Shown: positions 17,326-24,000 of the stretch, one piece after another | Position numbering within the stretch: the stretch's first letter is position 1 | Layout of the letters: each line of letters begins with the position of its first letter | DNA from: Methanococcus maripaludis | GTDB taxonomy: Archaea; AGJL01; Methanococci; Methanococcales; Methanococcaceae | Direction of reading: 5' to 3' | Length of the DNA: 24,000 bases | Assembly (NCBI RefSeq): GCF_013760955.1 | Contig: NZ_JACDUL010000002.1 | Location: 108,719-132,718, forward strand | Notes under the pieces: model-generated | What the model was told of the DNA's origin: nothing | The model's input: the letters and a program-made list of their open reading frames with translations, nothing else | Database searches by the model: none | Translations under genes and position numbers: made by a program

Positions 17326-17644
17326 CTAATTGTATCATGTACCTAAATGAACATTGTACAACTTGGTATGGTTATCAGGAATGCGCCATGTATCAATCTC
17401 ATTAACATTTGGGGTAATTGTATCGTAAAACGTCCTGCGCGGTTTCGTAAAACTTGGAATGTGGTAGTCCTGCGCAATATGTCACGAAAAAAGAAATACA
17501 GTATGCGCAATATCTGTGTAAGTGTTAATCAGCTAATCCGCGCGCGTCCGAATATATAATCAATGACACGTTAATGATAACTGTGAGTTAAAATCGCTAA
17601 AATCGTTTTAATCATGCGAAATCGTCGTTAAAAAAGTCCGTCGA

Positions 17645-17687
17645 GATTTCAAGTCCGGCGCCTTTGGCCAAGCTCAACCACCTCTGC
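17645..17687 (-). tRNA. Truncated tRNA-Ser(UGA): the 5' half only, through the anticodon loop
   Basis: The minus strand reads GCAGAGG-TG-GTT-GAGCTTGGCCAAA-GGC-G-CCGGA-CTTGAAA-TC. This has archaeal class II tRNA-Ser layout, with a long D loop containing GG and the anticodon TGA. After TC the expected 3' anticodon-stem strand TCCGG is replaced by TCTCGACGGAC followed by T6. No variable arm or T arm is present. Confidence 0.6.
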
Positions 17688-17711
17688 TCGCACTTGTACT
17701 TAAGCGATTCA

Positions 17712-17724
17712 GCTATATATACTT
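17712..17724 (-). promoter_or_regulatory. TATA box for the tRNA-Ser fragment
   Basis: The minus strand reads aaagtatatatag and ends about 25 nt upstream of tRNA position 1. This is canonical archaeal spacing. Confidence 0.5.
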
Positions 17725-17828
17725 TTCTATTTTTCTTTACAATACTAGCAATAATTTTTATTTAAAGAACGTAACTAGCCATAAAAATTAATATTTAGGT
17801 TTAATTTTGAAATTTAAAAATTAAAGTA

Positions 17829-18050
17829 TTATAATTCAATTTCGCTTAAAATGCCTTTCAAAGCTTTTAATTCTTCTGCAGTTAATGTAATTCCCTTTCT
17901 CATTCTTTCATGTTCGGGGTTCCAGTCTCTTATATCATATTTTGGTTCTTTTTCGTTCCAGCTTACAAGGTTAAGTTCTTTTTTCCAGCCGTTTGGGTAT
18001 TCATAAAGTACGCCTATATGTTCGACTATTTCAAATGTAATTTCTGCCAT
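17829..18050 (-). CDS. YdbC / PC4-like ssDNA-binding family protein
   Basis: MAEITFEIVEHIGVLYEYPNGWKKELNLVSWNEKEPKYDIRDWNPEHERMRKGITLTAEE matches my recollection of the YdbC pattern (GW.KELNLVSWN...PKYD.RDW.P.H..M.KGITL). Confidence 0.7.
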   Translation of the reverse strand: MAEITFEIVEHIGVLYEYPNGWKKELNLVSWNEKEPKYDIRDWNPEHERMRKGITLTAEELKALKGILSEIEL

Positions 18051-18455
18051 ATGATAAAACCTCGTTTAAATTTGTAATTAAAAAAGATTTAATAAACATT
18101 TTTAAAATAAGTTTGGATATTTTTGAAAATTGGAATTAAACCATTATCAAAAATATATGAAAAAATAGGTGAGGTCAAAAATGTTAAAGATTTGTGGCTA
18201 TTAAATCTTTAATAATAGATAGATTTGATATTTAATCATGTTTTCCAAATGTTACGGCAATGGATAGATATTCTTAAACATCTCAGACGTTTACTTCTGA
18301 GATATTCTTAATTGTATGCGTTATATTATTTAAGTTTTCTGTATTTAAATTAAAGATTAATTTAATATATTAAGTTTAAGAAATTGTTGAAAAAAATAAT
18401 TTTCTAAAAAATATTTTTAAAATTTTAAAATAGTATTTTTGAATTTAAATTTAAT

Positions 18456-18779
18456 TTATTTGTATGGGCATCGTAGTTTTCTCGACTTTATTAGGGGATA
18501 TTTTTTATGTTCGTGTTTCTTTTTCGAATTTCTGTCTTCTCGTTTATCCAAAATTTCTTTGATAATGTCTTTTCCCTTTTCCGTTATTCTTGTGTAGTAG
18601 CTCATGCCGTAAGATGAGCTTTTCACCATTAAATAACCCTTAATTTCTAAAAAATGGATACAATATTTTAAATCATCTTTTTCAAGCCCAGAAATATTTA
18701 CAAGGTCTTTTCCTTTTACAAAGTCCCTTTTTTCATAAAGATACTCCAAAATATCTCTTCGAACTGCAACTTCATCCAT
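18456..18779 (-). CDS. Probable winged-helix DNA-binding protein with a basic C-terminal tail
   Basis: The 107-aa ORF contains ...ILEYLYEKRDFVKGKDLVNISGLEKDDLKYCIHFLEIKGYLMV..., which is wHTH-like. The assignment rests on pattern only. Confidence 0.45.
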   Translation of the reverse strand: MDEVAVRRDILEYLYEKRDFVKGKDLVNISGLEKDDLKYCIHFLEIKGYLMVKSSSYGMSYYTRITEKGKDIIKEILDKREDRNSKKKHEHKKYPLIKSRKLRCPYK

Positions 18780-18961
18780 GAGAATCCCTATCTGTGATGT
18801 ATTTAATTACTTTTAATTACATTTTTACTAAAAAGTTAATTAATAGTTATTACATAAACAGTATATATAATTAATGCATTCAAGATCTCAAAGATGATAT
18901 GGAACAACAGATTCCAATAGATGTCCAATTTCAAAAGAATGGTGAAACAATCTTTTTTAGT

Positions 18962-19309
18962 TTATTCAATAATTATTTTAAATCGAATATCGTCTTTTTT
19001 AGATTTTTCAACCATTATTCCAAAAAATTCAAATTCATTCAGCAAAACTGGGCCAGAAATTAATTTTCCAATTTTTTTATAAATTTCTTCTAAATCCATC
19101 TGATTTGTAATTCCAAAAGCTACAATCCAGAAACATTTTAGGGGGTATTTTTCATTAGAATACTTATCAAAAATAAAATATTTTGAACTTTTTGCACGAT
19201 TTCCACTGCAAATATCAGTATTTTCACTTAATTCAACAACTACCTTTTCAAAATCCATATATCCTGGTCTTTCAAACTTCTCGAAAAGTTTTTCAAATTT
19301 ACTACTCAA
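18962..19309 (-). CDS. Hypothetical protein (115 aa)
   Basis: The ORF has a TTG start preceded by the SD aaggtg. No family was recognised. Confidence 0.45.
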   Translation of the reverse strand: MSSKFEKLFEKFERPGYMDFEKVVVELSENTDICSGNRAKSSKYFIFDKYSNEKYPLKCFWIVAFGITNQMDLEEIYKKIGKLISGPVLLNEFEFFGIMVEKSKKDDIRFKIIIE

Positions 19310-19393
19310 AATAACACCTTAATTATTGTATCTATTCAAAACTGCTTTTATTTTGATTAAATATATTATTTACGTATATTTTTTCGATTTAAA

Positions 19394-19915
19394 TCATCTT
19401 TCGATTTCATACGATATCATGCTTTTTGGAAGCCATACGTTTTTATCTAATTCTTTTGAATAAAAACACATTCCTTTTTCCGATTCGAGCACAAATTTAA
19501 AGTGTATATAACAAAATTTCCCAATTTTTTCTCCAAAATGAAGTTTATTTTCATTTGCAAGCCATAGGGGTATTTTAACAAGCACATTTTTTTGAGTTAA
19601 TGTATTCTCATCATCATTTTTCAAATGTTTAGGCGCTTGATTTTCAAATGTTACATATTTTAATACGTCGTATCCGTCGGTTACAAATCCATCCGCTTTT
19701 TTAAGTATAAATTCAATTTTTTCGCTTAATTTATCAGCGTAAATTTTAAATTCCTGAAAATCATCAGTTTTTACAAAAAAGTAGGTTTTTCCAGACGGTG
19801 TTGTCCTAATATTCGAAACCCTTATTTTTCTGTTAAATGGCATTTCAAAAAGAATATTTTCATCAAAATTATCAAATTCATCCACTTTAAGGCTTGAAAT
19901 AGTTTTTTTAATCAT
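19394..19915 (-). CDS. Hypothetical protein (about 173 aa)
   Basis: The ATG at 19915 (MIKKTISS) lies 9 nt after ggtg, and the track GTG start is itself part of that SD-like sequence. No family was recognised. Confidence 0.5.
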   Translation of the reverse strand: MIKKTISSLKVDEFDNFDENILFEMPFNRKIRVSNIRTTPSGKTYFFVKTDDFQEFKIYADKLSEKIEFILKKADGFVTDGYDVLKYVTFENQAPKHLKNDDENTLTQKNVLVKIPLWLANENKLHFGEKIGKFCYIHFKFVLESEKGMCFYSKELDKNVWLPKSMISYEIER

Positions 19916-20148
19916 TTTTTTAGGCACCAGATTTAAATTTTAAACTTAATTATCCATTAGTCGACTTCCAATAAATTCTTTTTTAATTTTCGAAATTACG
20001 ATATTTTTTAAATTTGAGTAGTGATTAATAATTAGGTTTTTTAATAATCTTAATAATTATTAGTTTTATTTATGAAAACTATAAAATATATTAATGTATA
20101 TTTGTATTGTTAATTTACCTTTTAAATTTTAAACTCAAGAGGTCAAAA

Positions 20149-20808
20149 ATGAGTGAATTAAAAGAACGGCTAATACAAGAACTTTCCGACTCCGTTGTCG
20201 AAATGGATGAAGAAAAAACTGAAGAACTATCTAAAAAATATGTTGAAAATGGATTTGATGCATTCGAAGGAATTACAGAAGGGCTTGCAGATGGGATGAA
20301 TAGGGCAGGAGTACTTTATGAAGAAGGAGAATACTTTATACCTGAACTTCTAGTCTGTTCTGATGCAATGTACCTCGGTTTAGACATATTAAAACCTCAT
20401 TTGAAGTATGCAGATTCAGATAGCAAATTTAAGGCAGTTGTTGGTGTTGTTGAAGGGGATACTCACGATATTGGGAAAAACTTATTTAAAATCATGTTAG
20501 AAACACAAGGGTTTGAAGTTTATGATTTGGGTAGAGATGTTCCACCTGTAGAATTTGTAAAAAAAGCTAAAGAAATCAATGCAGACGTAGTAGGACTTTC
20601 AACGCTCATGACTACTACAATGGACAATATGAAAGTCGTTATTGACCTTTTGAAAGAAGAAGGAATGCGGGAAAAAACGATTGTAATGGTTGGGGGAGGT
20701 CCAATCTCACAAAGTTTCGCAGATAAAATCGGTGCAGACGGCTATGCACCTGAGGCTTCAAAATCTGCAAGAATTGCAAAAGAATTGGTTACAAAATTAA
20801 AAAATTAA
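20149..20808 (+). CDS. Corrinoid (B12-binding) methyltransferase-cognate protein, MtaC/MtbC-like
   Basis: The DxHxxG motif is GDTHDIGKN. SxL is GLSTLMT and GG is VGGGP. An N-terminal helical cap domain is present. The ATG at 20149 follows agaggt, whereas the track start is a TTG. Confidence 0.85.
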   Translation: MSELKERLIQELSDSVVEMDEEKTEELSKKYVENGFDAFEGITEGLADGMNRAGVLYEEGEYFIPELLVCSDAMYLGLDILKPHLKYADSDSKFKAVVGVVEGDTHDIGKNLFKIMLETQGFEVYDLGRDVPPVEFVKKAKEINADVVGLSTLMTTTMDNMKVVIDLLKEEGMREKTIVMVGGGPISQSFADKIGADGYAPEASKSARIAKELVTKLKN

Positions 20809-20832
20809 GTTAAATGTTACGGAGAGATTATT

Positions 20833-21924
20833 ATGGATTACCCAGACAAAATGACACCCGTTGAAAGAGCTACTGCTAAAGCGAAAGGGGAACCAATCGA
20901 TAGAATTGCATGTAACCCAAATATCGGAAACGGAATGGCAAGAATTGCAGGCTACAAAATTTCACAATTTAACACGGATCCAGAAGCATTAGCGGACGCA
21001 ATTATTAAAACATACAGAAGATTTGGATCAGACGGTGCAAGAGTTTTCACAGATTTGTTTTTGATTTCAGAAGCGATGGGTGCGAAAATTAACATGCCTT
21101 ATGACAATACTGCAGATTTGGAAGAACCTGCAATAAATGACATGTCAGAATTTGATAAATTAAAAGTTGTTAACCCATACACGGATGGTAGAATTCCTGT
21201 TCATTTAAGGGCCCTTGAAATTGTACGGGATGAAATAGCAAGTGAAGTTGGAGTTACTGCTTCAGTTGTTGGCCCATTTACAAACGCTTTCTTTTTAATC
21301 GGCGTAGAAAAAATGACAAAAATGCTTTTAAAAGACCCTGAATCAGTTCACAAACTATGCGAAATTTCACTCCAAAGCTGCATTGCATTAACCGATGCAG
21401 TTCTCGAAAAAGGGACGGGAGTTACAGTTTCAGAACCACTTTCTTCATGTACTGTTGTAAGTCCAAAACACTTCAGAGAATTTTCAGCACCTTATTTGAA
21501 AAGATTAATCGACCATATCAAAGCAAGAACTGGAAAATTAGTTATTCACATCTGTGGAAAGACCGATCCTATCTGGGAAGATCTTGTGGATATGGGTGTT
21601 GATGTTTTAAGTATTGATGATATTGCAGATCTGGAAAACTGTGCAGAAACTGTTGGTGACAGGATGGTTATTGCAGGAAATGTCGATCCTTCAGGAGTAT
21701 TGTATGCCGGTTCAAGAGAAGATGTTAGAAAAGCTACCTTAAAGTGTATTAAACAGGGAATTAAGGCTAAAAAAGGATATATGATAATGTCTGGATGTAG
21801 TCTTCCGGTAGAGGTTCCTGTTGAAAATATCGATGCAATGATGGATGCTGCAAGGGAAGCCGGATGGCCAATTACAGGAGAAAAATTAGATTATTTACTT
21901 AGTATTGATAAATACAAAGATTAA
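20833..21924 (+). CDS. URO-D family methyltransferase (MtaA/CmuA-like), paralog 1
   Basis: The fold signature matches uroporphyrinogen-decarboxylase-like proteins. Zn-ligand motifs are VIHICG and SGCSLP. The gene lies 24 nt after the corrinoid protein gene. Confidence 0.8.
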   Translation: MDYPDKMTPVERATAKAKGEPIDRIACNPNIGNGMARIAGYKISQFNTDPEALADAIIKTYRRFGSDGARVFTDLFLISEAMGAKINMPYDNTADLEEPAINDMSEFDKLKVVNPYTDGRIPVHLRALEIVRDEIASEVGVTASVVGPFTNAFFLIGVEKMTKMLLKDPESVHKLCEISLQSCIALTDAVLEKGTGVTVSEPLSSCTVVSPKHFREFSAPYLKRLIDHIKARTGKLVIHICGKTDPIWEDLVDMGVDVLSIDDIADLENCAETVGDRMVIAGNVDPSGVLYAGSREDVRKATLKCIKQGIKAKKGYMIMSGCSLPVEVPVENIDAMMDAAREAGWPITGEKLDYLLSIDKYKD

Positions 21925-22047
21925 ATATTCAGTTTATTACTTTATTCACCCAGATTTTATAATTTTTAAATTTTTAGTTTGATTTTTTTAGAATTTAGTT
22001 TAAAATGATACATTATATTTGACAATTTAAGTAAAAAGAGTGATTTA

Positions 22048-23076
22048 ATGATTAAGCCAAAAGAAAGGCTTTCAAAAGCCCTCAAAGGAGAAGAAGTTGA
22101 TAGAATTCCTTGCATATGTCCTGGCGGTATGATGAACATGATTACAAAAGACATTATGGATATTACGGGAGTATACTGGCCAGAAGCGCATACTGACGCT
22201 GAAAAAATGGTTAAACTCACGGTTGGAATGTATGAAAACGGAGGGTTTGAAAATTATGGGGTTCCATTTTGCATGACTGTTGAAGCTGAATCAATGGGTG
22301 CAGGAGTTAAAATGGGGACAGATATTACTGAACCAAGAGTTACAAACTATCCGATAGATTCTGTTACAGAATATGAAAAATTAAATCATATCAATATTGA
22401 TGAAGGGCGTGGAAAAACAGTTTTGGAAGCAATCGAACTTTTAAAAGATAAAAAGTCAGAAGTTCCAATTATTGCAAACCTCACAGGCCCAGTTAGCACT
22501 GCATCGTCCTTAATGGAACCTGTAACCTACTATAAGGAACTTAGGAGAAAACCTGACGCTGCAAAAGAATTCATGGATTTTGTGACTGAAAACTTAATTG
22601 AATTTGGAAAAGCACAGCTAAACGCAGGTGCAGATGTTTTAGCAATATCCGATCCAAGTGGAACAGGCGAGATATTAGGCCCAAAGATGTTCAAAGAATT
22701 TGCAATTCCATATTTAAATAAAATCATTGAAGAAACAAAAGATCTGGCAGAAACTGGAACTATAATCCATATTTGTGGTAGATTAAAGAGCGTATACGAA
22801 GAAATAAATTCATTAAAAAGTGATGCGATAAGTTTTGATTCAATTACTGACGTTGGACAGGTGGTCGAAAACGTGTCAAGAAAAGCAATTATGGGAAACG
22901 TTAGCACATTTACTCTTGAAAATGGAACTCCCGAATCTATTGAACGAATGAGTCGAGCTTGCATTAAATATGGGGTTGATATTTTATCTCCTGCATGTGG
23001 GATTGGTGTTAGAACAAAGTTGGAAAATATTCAAGCAATGGTTAATGTCTGCAAAAATTCCAAAAGGGGAGAATAA
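22048..23076 (+). CDS. URO-D family methyltransferase (MtaA/MtbA-like), paralog 2
   Basis: The sequence contains ...DRIPCICPGG..., IIHICGR and SPACGIG. Its stop overlaps the next start (taATG). Confidence 0.8.
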   Translation: MIKPKERLSKALKGEEVDRIPCICPGGMMNMITKDIMDITGVYWPEAHTDAEKMVKLTVGMYENGGFENYGVPFCMTVEAESMGAGVKMGTDITEPRVTNYPIDSVTEYEKLNHINIDEGRGKTVLEAIELLKDKKSEVPIIANLTGPVSTASSLMEPVTYYKELRRKPDAAKEFMDFVTENLIEFGKAQLNAGADVLAISDPSGTGEILGPKMFKEFAIPYLNKIIEETKDLAETGTIIHICGRLKSVYEEINSLKSDAISFDSITDVGQVVENVSRKAIMGNVSTFTLENGTPESIERMSRACIKYGVDILSPACGIGVRTKLENIQAMVNVCKNSKRGE

Positions 23077-24000
23077 TGGCAATAATGGATATAACTAACG
23101 ATAAAAATAAATTTGAATTCAAAGAGGGGGAATTTATTTTTAAAATTCTTCAAGAAAATGGAATTAAAATAGAGGTTCCCTGTGGAGGGGTTGGAACTTG
23201 CGGAAAATGTAAGGTAAGGGTTGTTAGTGGGGAAATCACGCAATTATCTTCTGAAGAGCTTGAACATTTGTCAAAAGATGAAATTGATGGGGGAATCCGC
23301 CTTAGTTGCCTCACAAAAGCATTAGGAAATGTAAAAATTGAATTATTAAATTTGGACGAAAATCACAAGATTTTAACTGACGGATACATGCCAAACTTAA
23401 AAATTAATCCTCCAATCACTAAGAAAATTATTAATTTATCTGAATGCGGAGTAAATAAAAATAATTATGAAGAAATTGTTAATTCTGAGTTAAATGCGGG
23501 TAAAATACAGGATATTGAAACTTTAAAAGCCCTGCAGAAATCATTTAAAACTGGAAATCTGACTTCGATTTTTTTAAATGGTGAATTAATCGGGATCGAA
23601 CCAGAAATAAATGAAAAAATATATGGGGTTGCTGTTGATATTGGAACTACAACAGTTGTAGCATCTTTAATCGATGTTTTAGCCGGAATAGAAATTGCAT
23701 CTGAAACTATGATAAATCCTCAAAAAGAATATGGGTCAGATGTACTTTCAAGGATTGATTTTGCAAACAAAAATGAAAATGGACTCGAATTATTACACAA
23801 TGCAATAATTGATGGGATAAACAGACTTATTTTTGATTTGGCTAGTAATAATAAAATTGCTGTTGAAAATATCTATGAAGTTTCAATTGCTGCGAATACA
23901 ACAATGATGCACTTTTTACTGAACATTGATGCGGAGTCAATTGGAAAATCTCCCTATTTGCCAGTATTTTTATCTGGAAAAAGTATCCCTTCAAAAGATA
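23076..24000 (+). CDS. Corrinoid reductive activase (RACo/RamA-like; ASKHA ATPase with an N-terminal [2Fe-2S] ferredoxin), truncated by the window end
   Basis: This open frame, from ATG 23076 to the window end, is absent from the ORF track. It reads MAIMDITNDK...VPCGGVGTCGKCKVRV...LSC (2Fe-2S motif) and later YGVAVDIGTTTVVASL (ASKHA phosphate-1 motif). Confidence 0.75.
   Translation, partial: MAIMDITNDKNKFEFKEGEFIFKILQENGIKIEVPCGGVGTCGKCKVRVVSGEITQLSSEELEHLSKDEIDGGIRLSCLTKALGNVKIELLNLDENHKILTDGYMPNLKINPPITKKIINLSECGVNKNNYEEIVNSELNAGKIQDIETLKALQKSFKTGNLTSIFLNGELIGIEPEINEKIYGVAVDIGTTTVVASLIDVLAGIEIASETMINPQKEYGSDVLSRIDFANKNENGLELLHNAIIDGINRLIFDLASNNKIAVENIYEVSIAANTTMMHFLLNIDAESIGKSPYLPVFLSGKSIPSKD

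Larger units (their letters stand above)
3400..17645. mobile_element. Putative integrated element or genomic island. The right junction is at the truncated tRNA-Ser; the left boundary is uncertain and may lie left of the window.
   Basis: There is a visible shift to higher GC and a different oligonucleotide and repeat vocabulary relative to 17.7-24 kb. The element carries its own MCM helicase. It ends at a tRNA 5' half (17645-17687). No integrase, capsid or att partner was found in the window. Confidence 0.5.

Noticed and set aside
17240-17559. Type III toxin-antitoxin: tandem RNA repeats followed by a toxin ORF
   Set aside because: The downstream 70-aa track ORF (17347-17559) has no SD, is far smaller than ToxN/AbiE-type toxins and looks compositionally non-coding.
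10484-17644. Alternative genetic code (stop reassignment) hiding genes in the ORF-free tract
   Set aside because: Island genes terminate normally with TAA (MCM, EVE, EFR1, small ORFs), TAG (nuclease) and TGA (the DUF3990-like gene end). They also use TGG for Trp. All three stop types are scattered in every frame of the tract, so reassigning one stop would not open long frames. This was checked on sampled stretches only, not exhaustively.
17636-17687. Nanoarchaeum-style split tRNA gene or intron-containing tRNA
   Set aside because: The break near position 38-40 and the GC-rich tail followed by T6 resemble a split 5' half. However, I found no complementary leader or 3' half in the window. The break also coincides with a compositional junction, so an integration scar is more parsimonious. 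A whole-genome search for ctcgacggac-complementary leaders would be needed to settle this.
783-22964. Short ORFs nested in or antisense to the large genes: 783-971, 1162-1407, 2029-2259, 3704-3961, 3976-4200, 5071-5277, 5374-5565, 9346-9534, 9918-10112, 10206-10550, 21357-21602, 21966-22220, 22530-22964, 23031-23243
   Set aside because: Each overlaps a much longer ORF that has clear family motifs. They are typical shadow ORFs in AT-rich DNA.

Overview
This is an AT-rich archaeal chromosome segment. Gene content and composition suggest a Methanococcales-like methanogen, but that is inference; no search was run. All composition and percent-identity statements below are estimates by eye.

The window has three parts.

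(i) 1-3.4 kb: the 3' end of an upstream gene, then a 1062-aa SF2 helicase fused to a PD-(D/E)xK nuclease. It resembles a Type III restriction Res subunit.

(ii) About 3.4-17.65 kb: a compositionally distinct island, visibly more GC-rich, whose genes use GGTGA-type Shine-Dalgarno sites. It carries:
- an EVE/PUA-like protein
- an MCM helicase
- an EFR1-type flavodoxin-ferredoxin
- a NucS-like nuclease
- a DUF3990-like gene broken by one in-frame TGA
- a few small ORFs

No integrase or structural genes are visible. About 7 kb of the island (10.5-17.6 kb) is roughly 85% ORF-free and packed with modular repeats, phased iterons and inverted repeats. It also holds two diverged ~500-bp paralogous units whose hairpins are kept by compensatory substitutions; I read these as a candidate novel structured-RNA family. 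The island ends exactly at a truncated 5' half of tRNA-Ser(UGA) that still has a promoter.

(iii) 17.7-24 kb: host-like genes. These are a YdbC/PC4-like protein, a wHTH protein, two hypotheticals and a corrinoid methyltransferase operon. The operon has an MtaC-like protein, two MtaA/URO-D-like proteins and a RACo/RamA-like activase cut by the window end.
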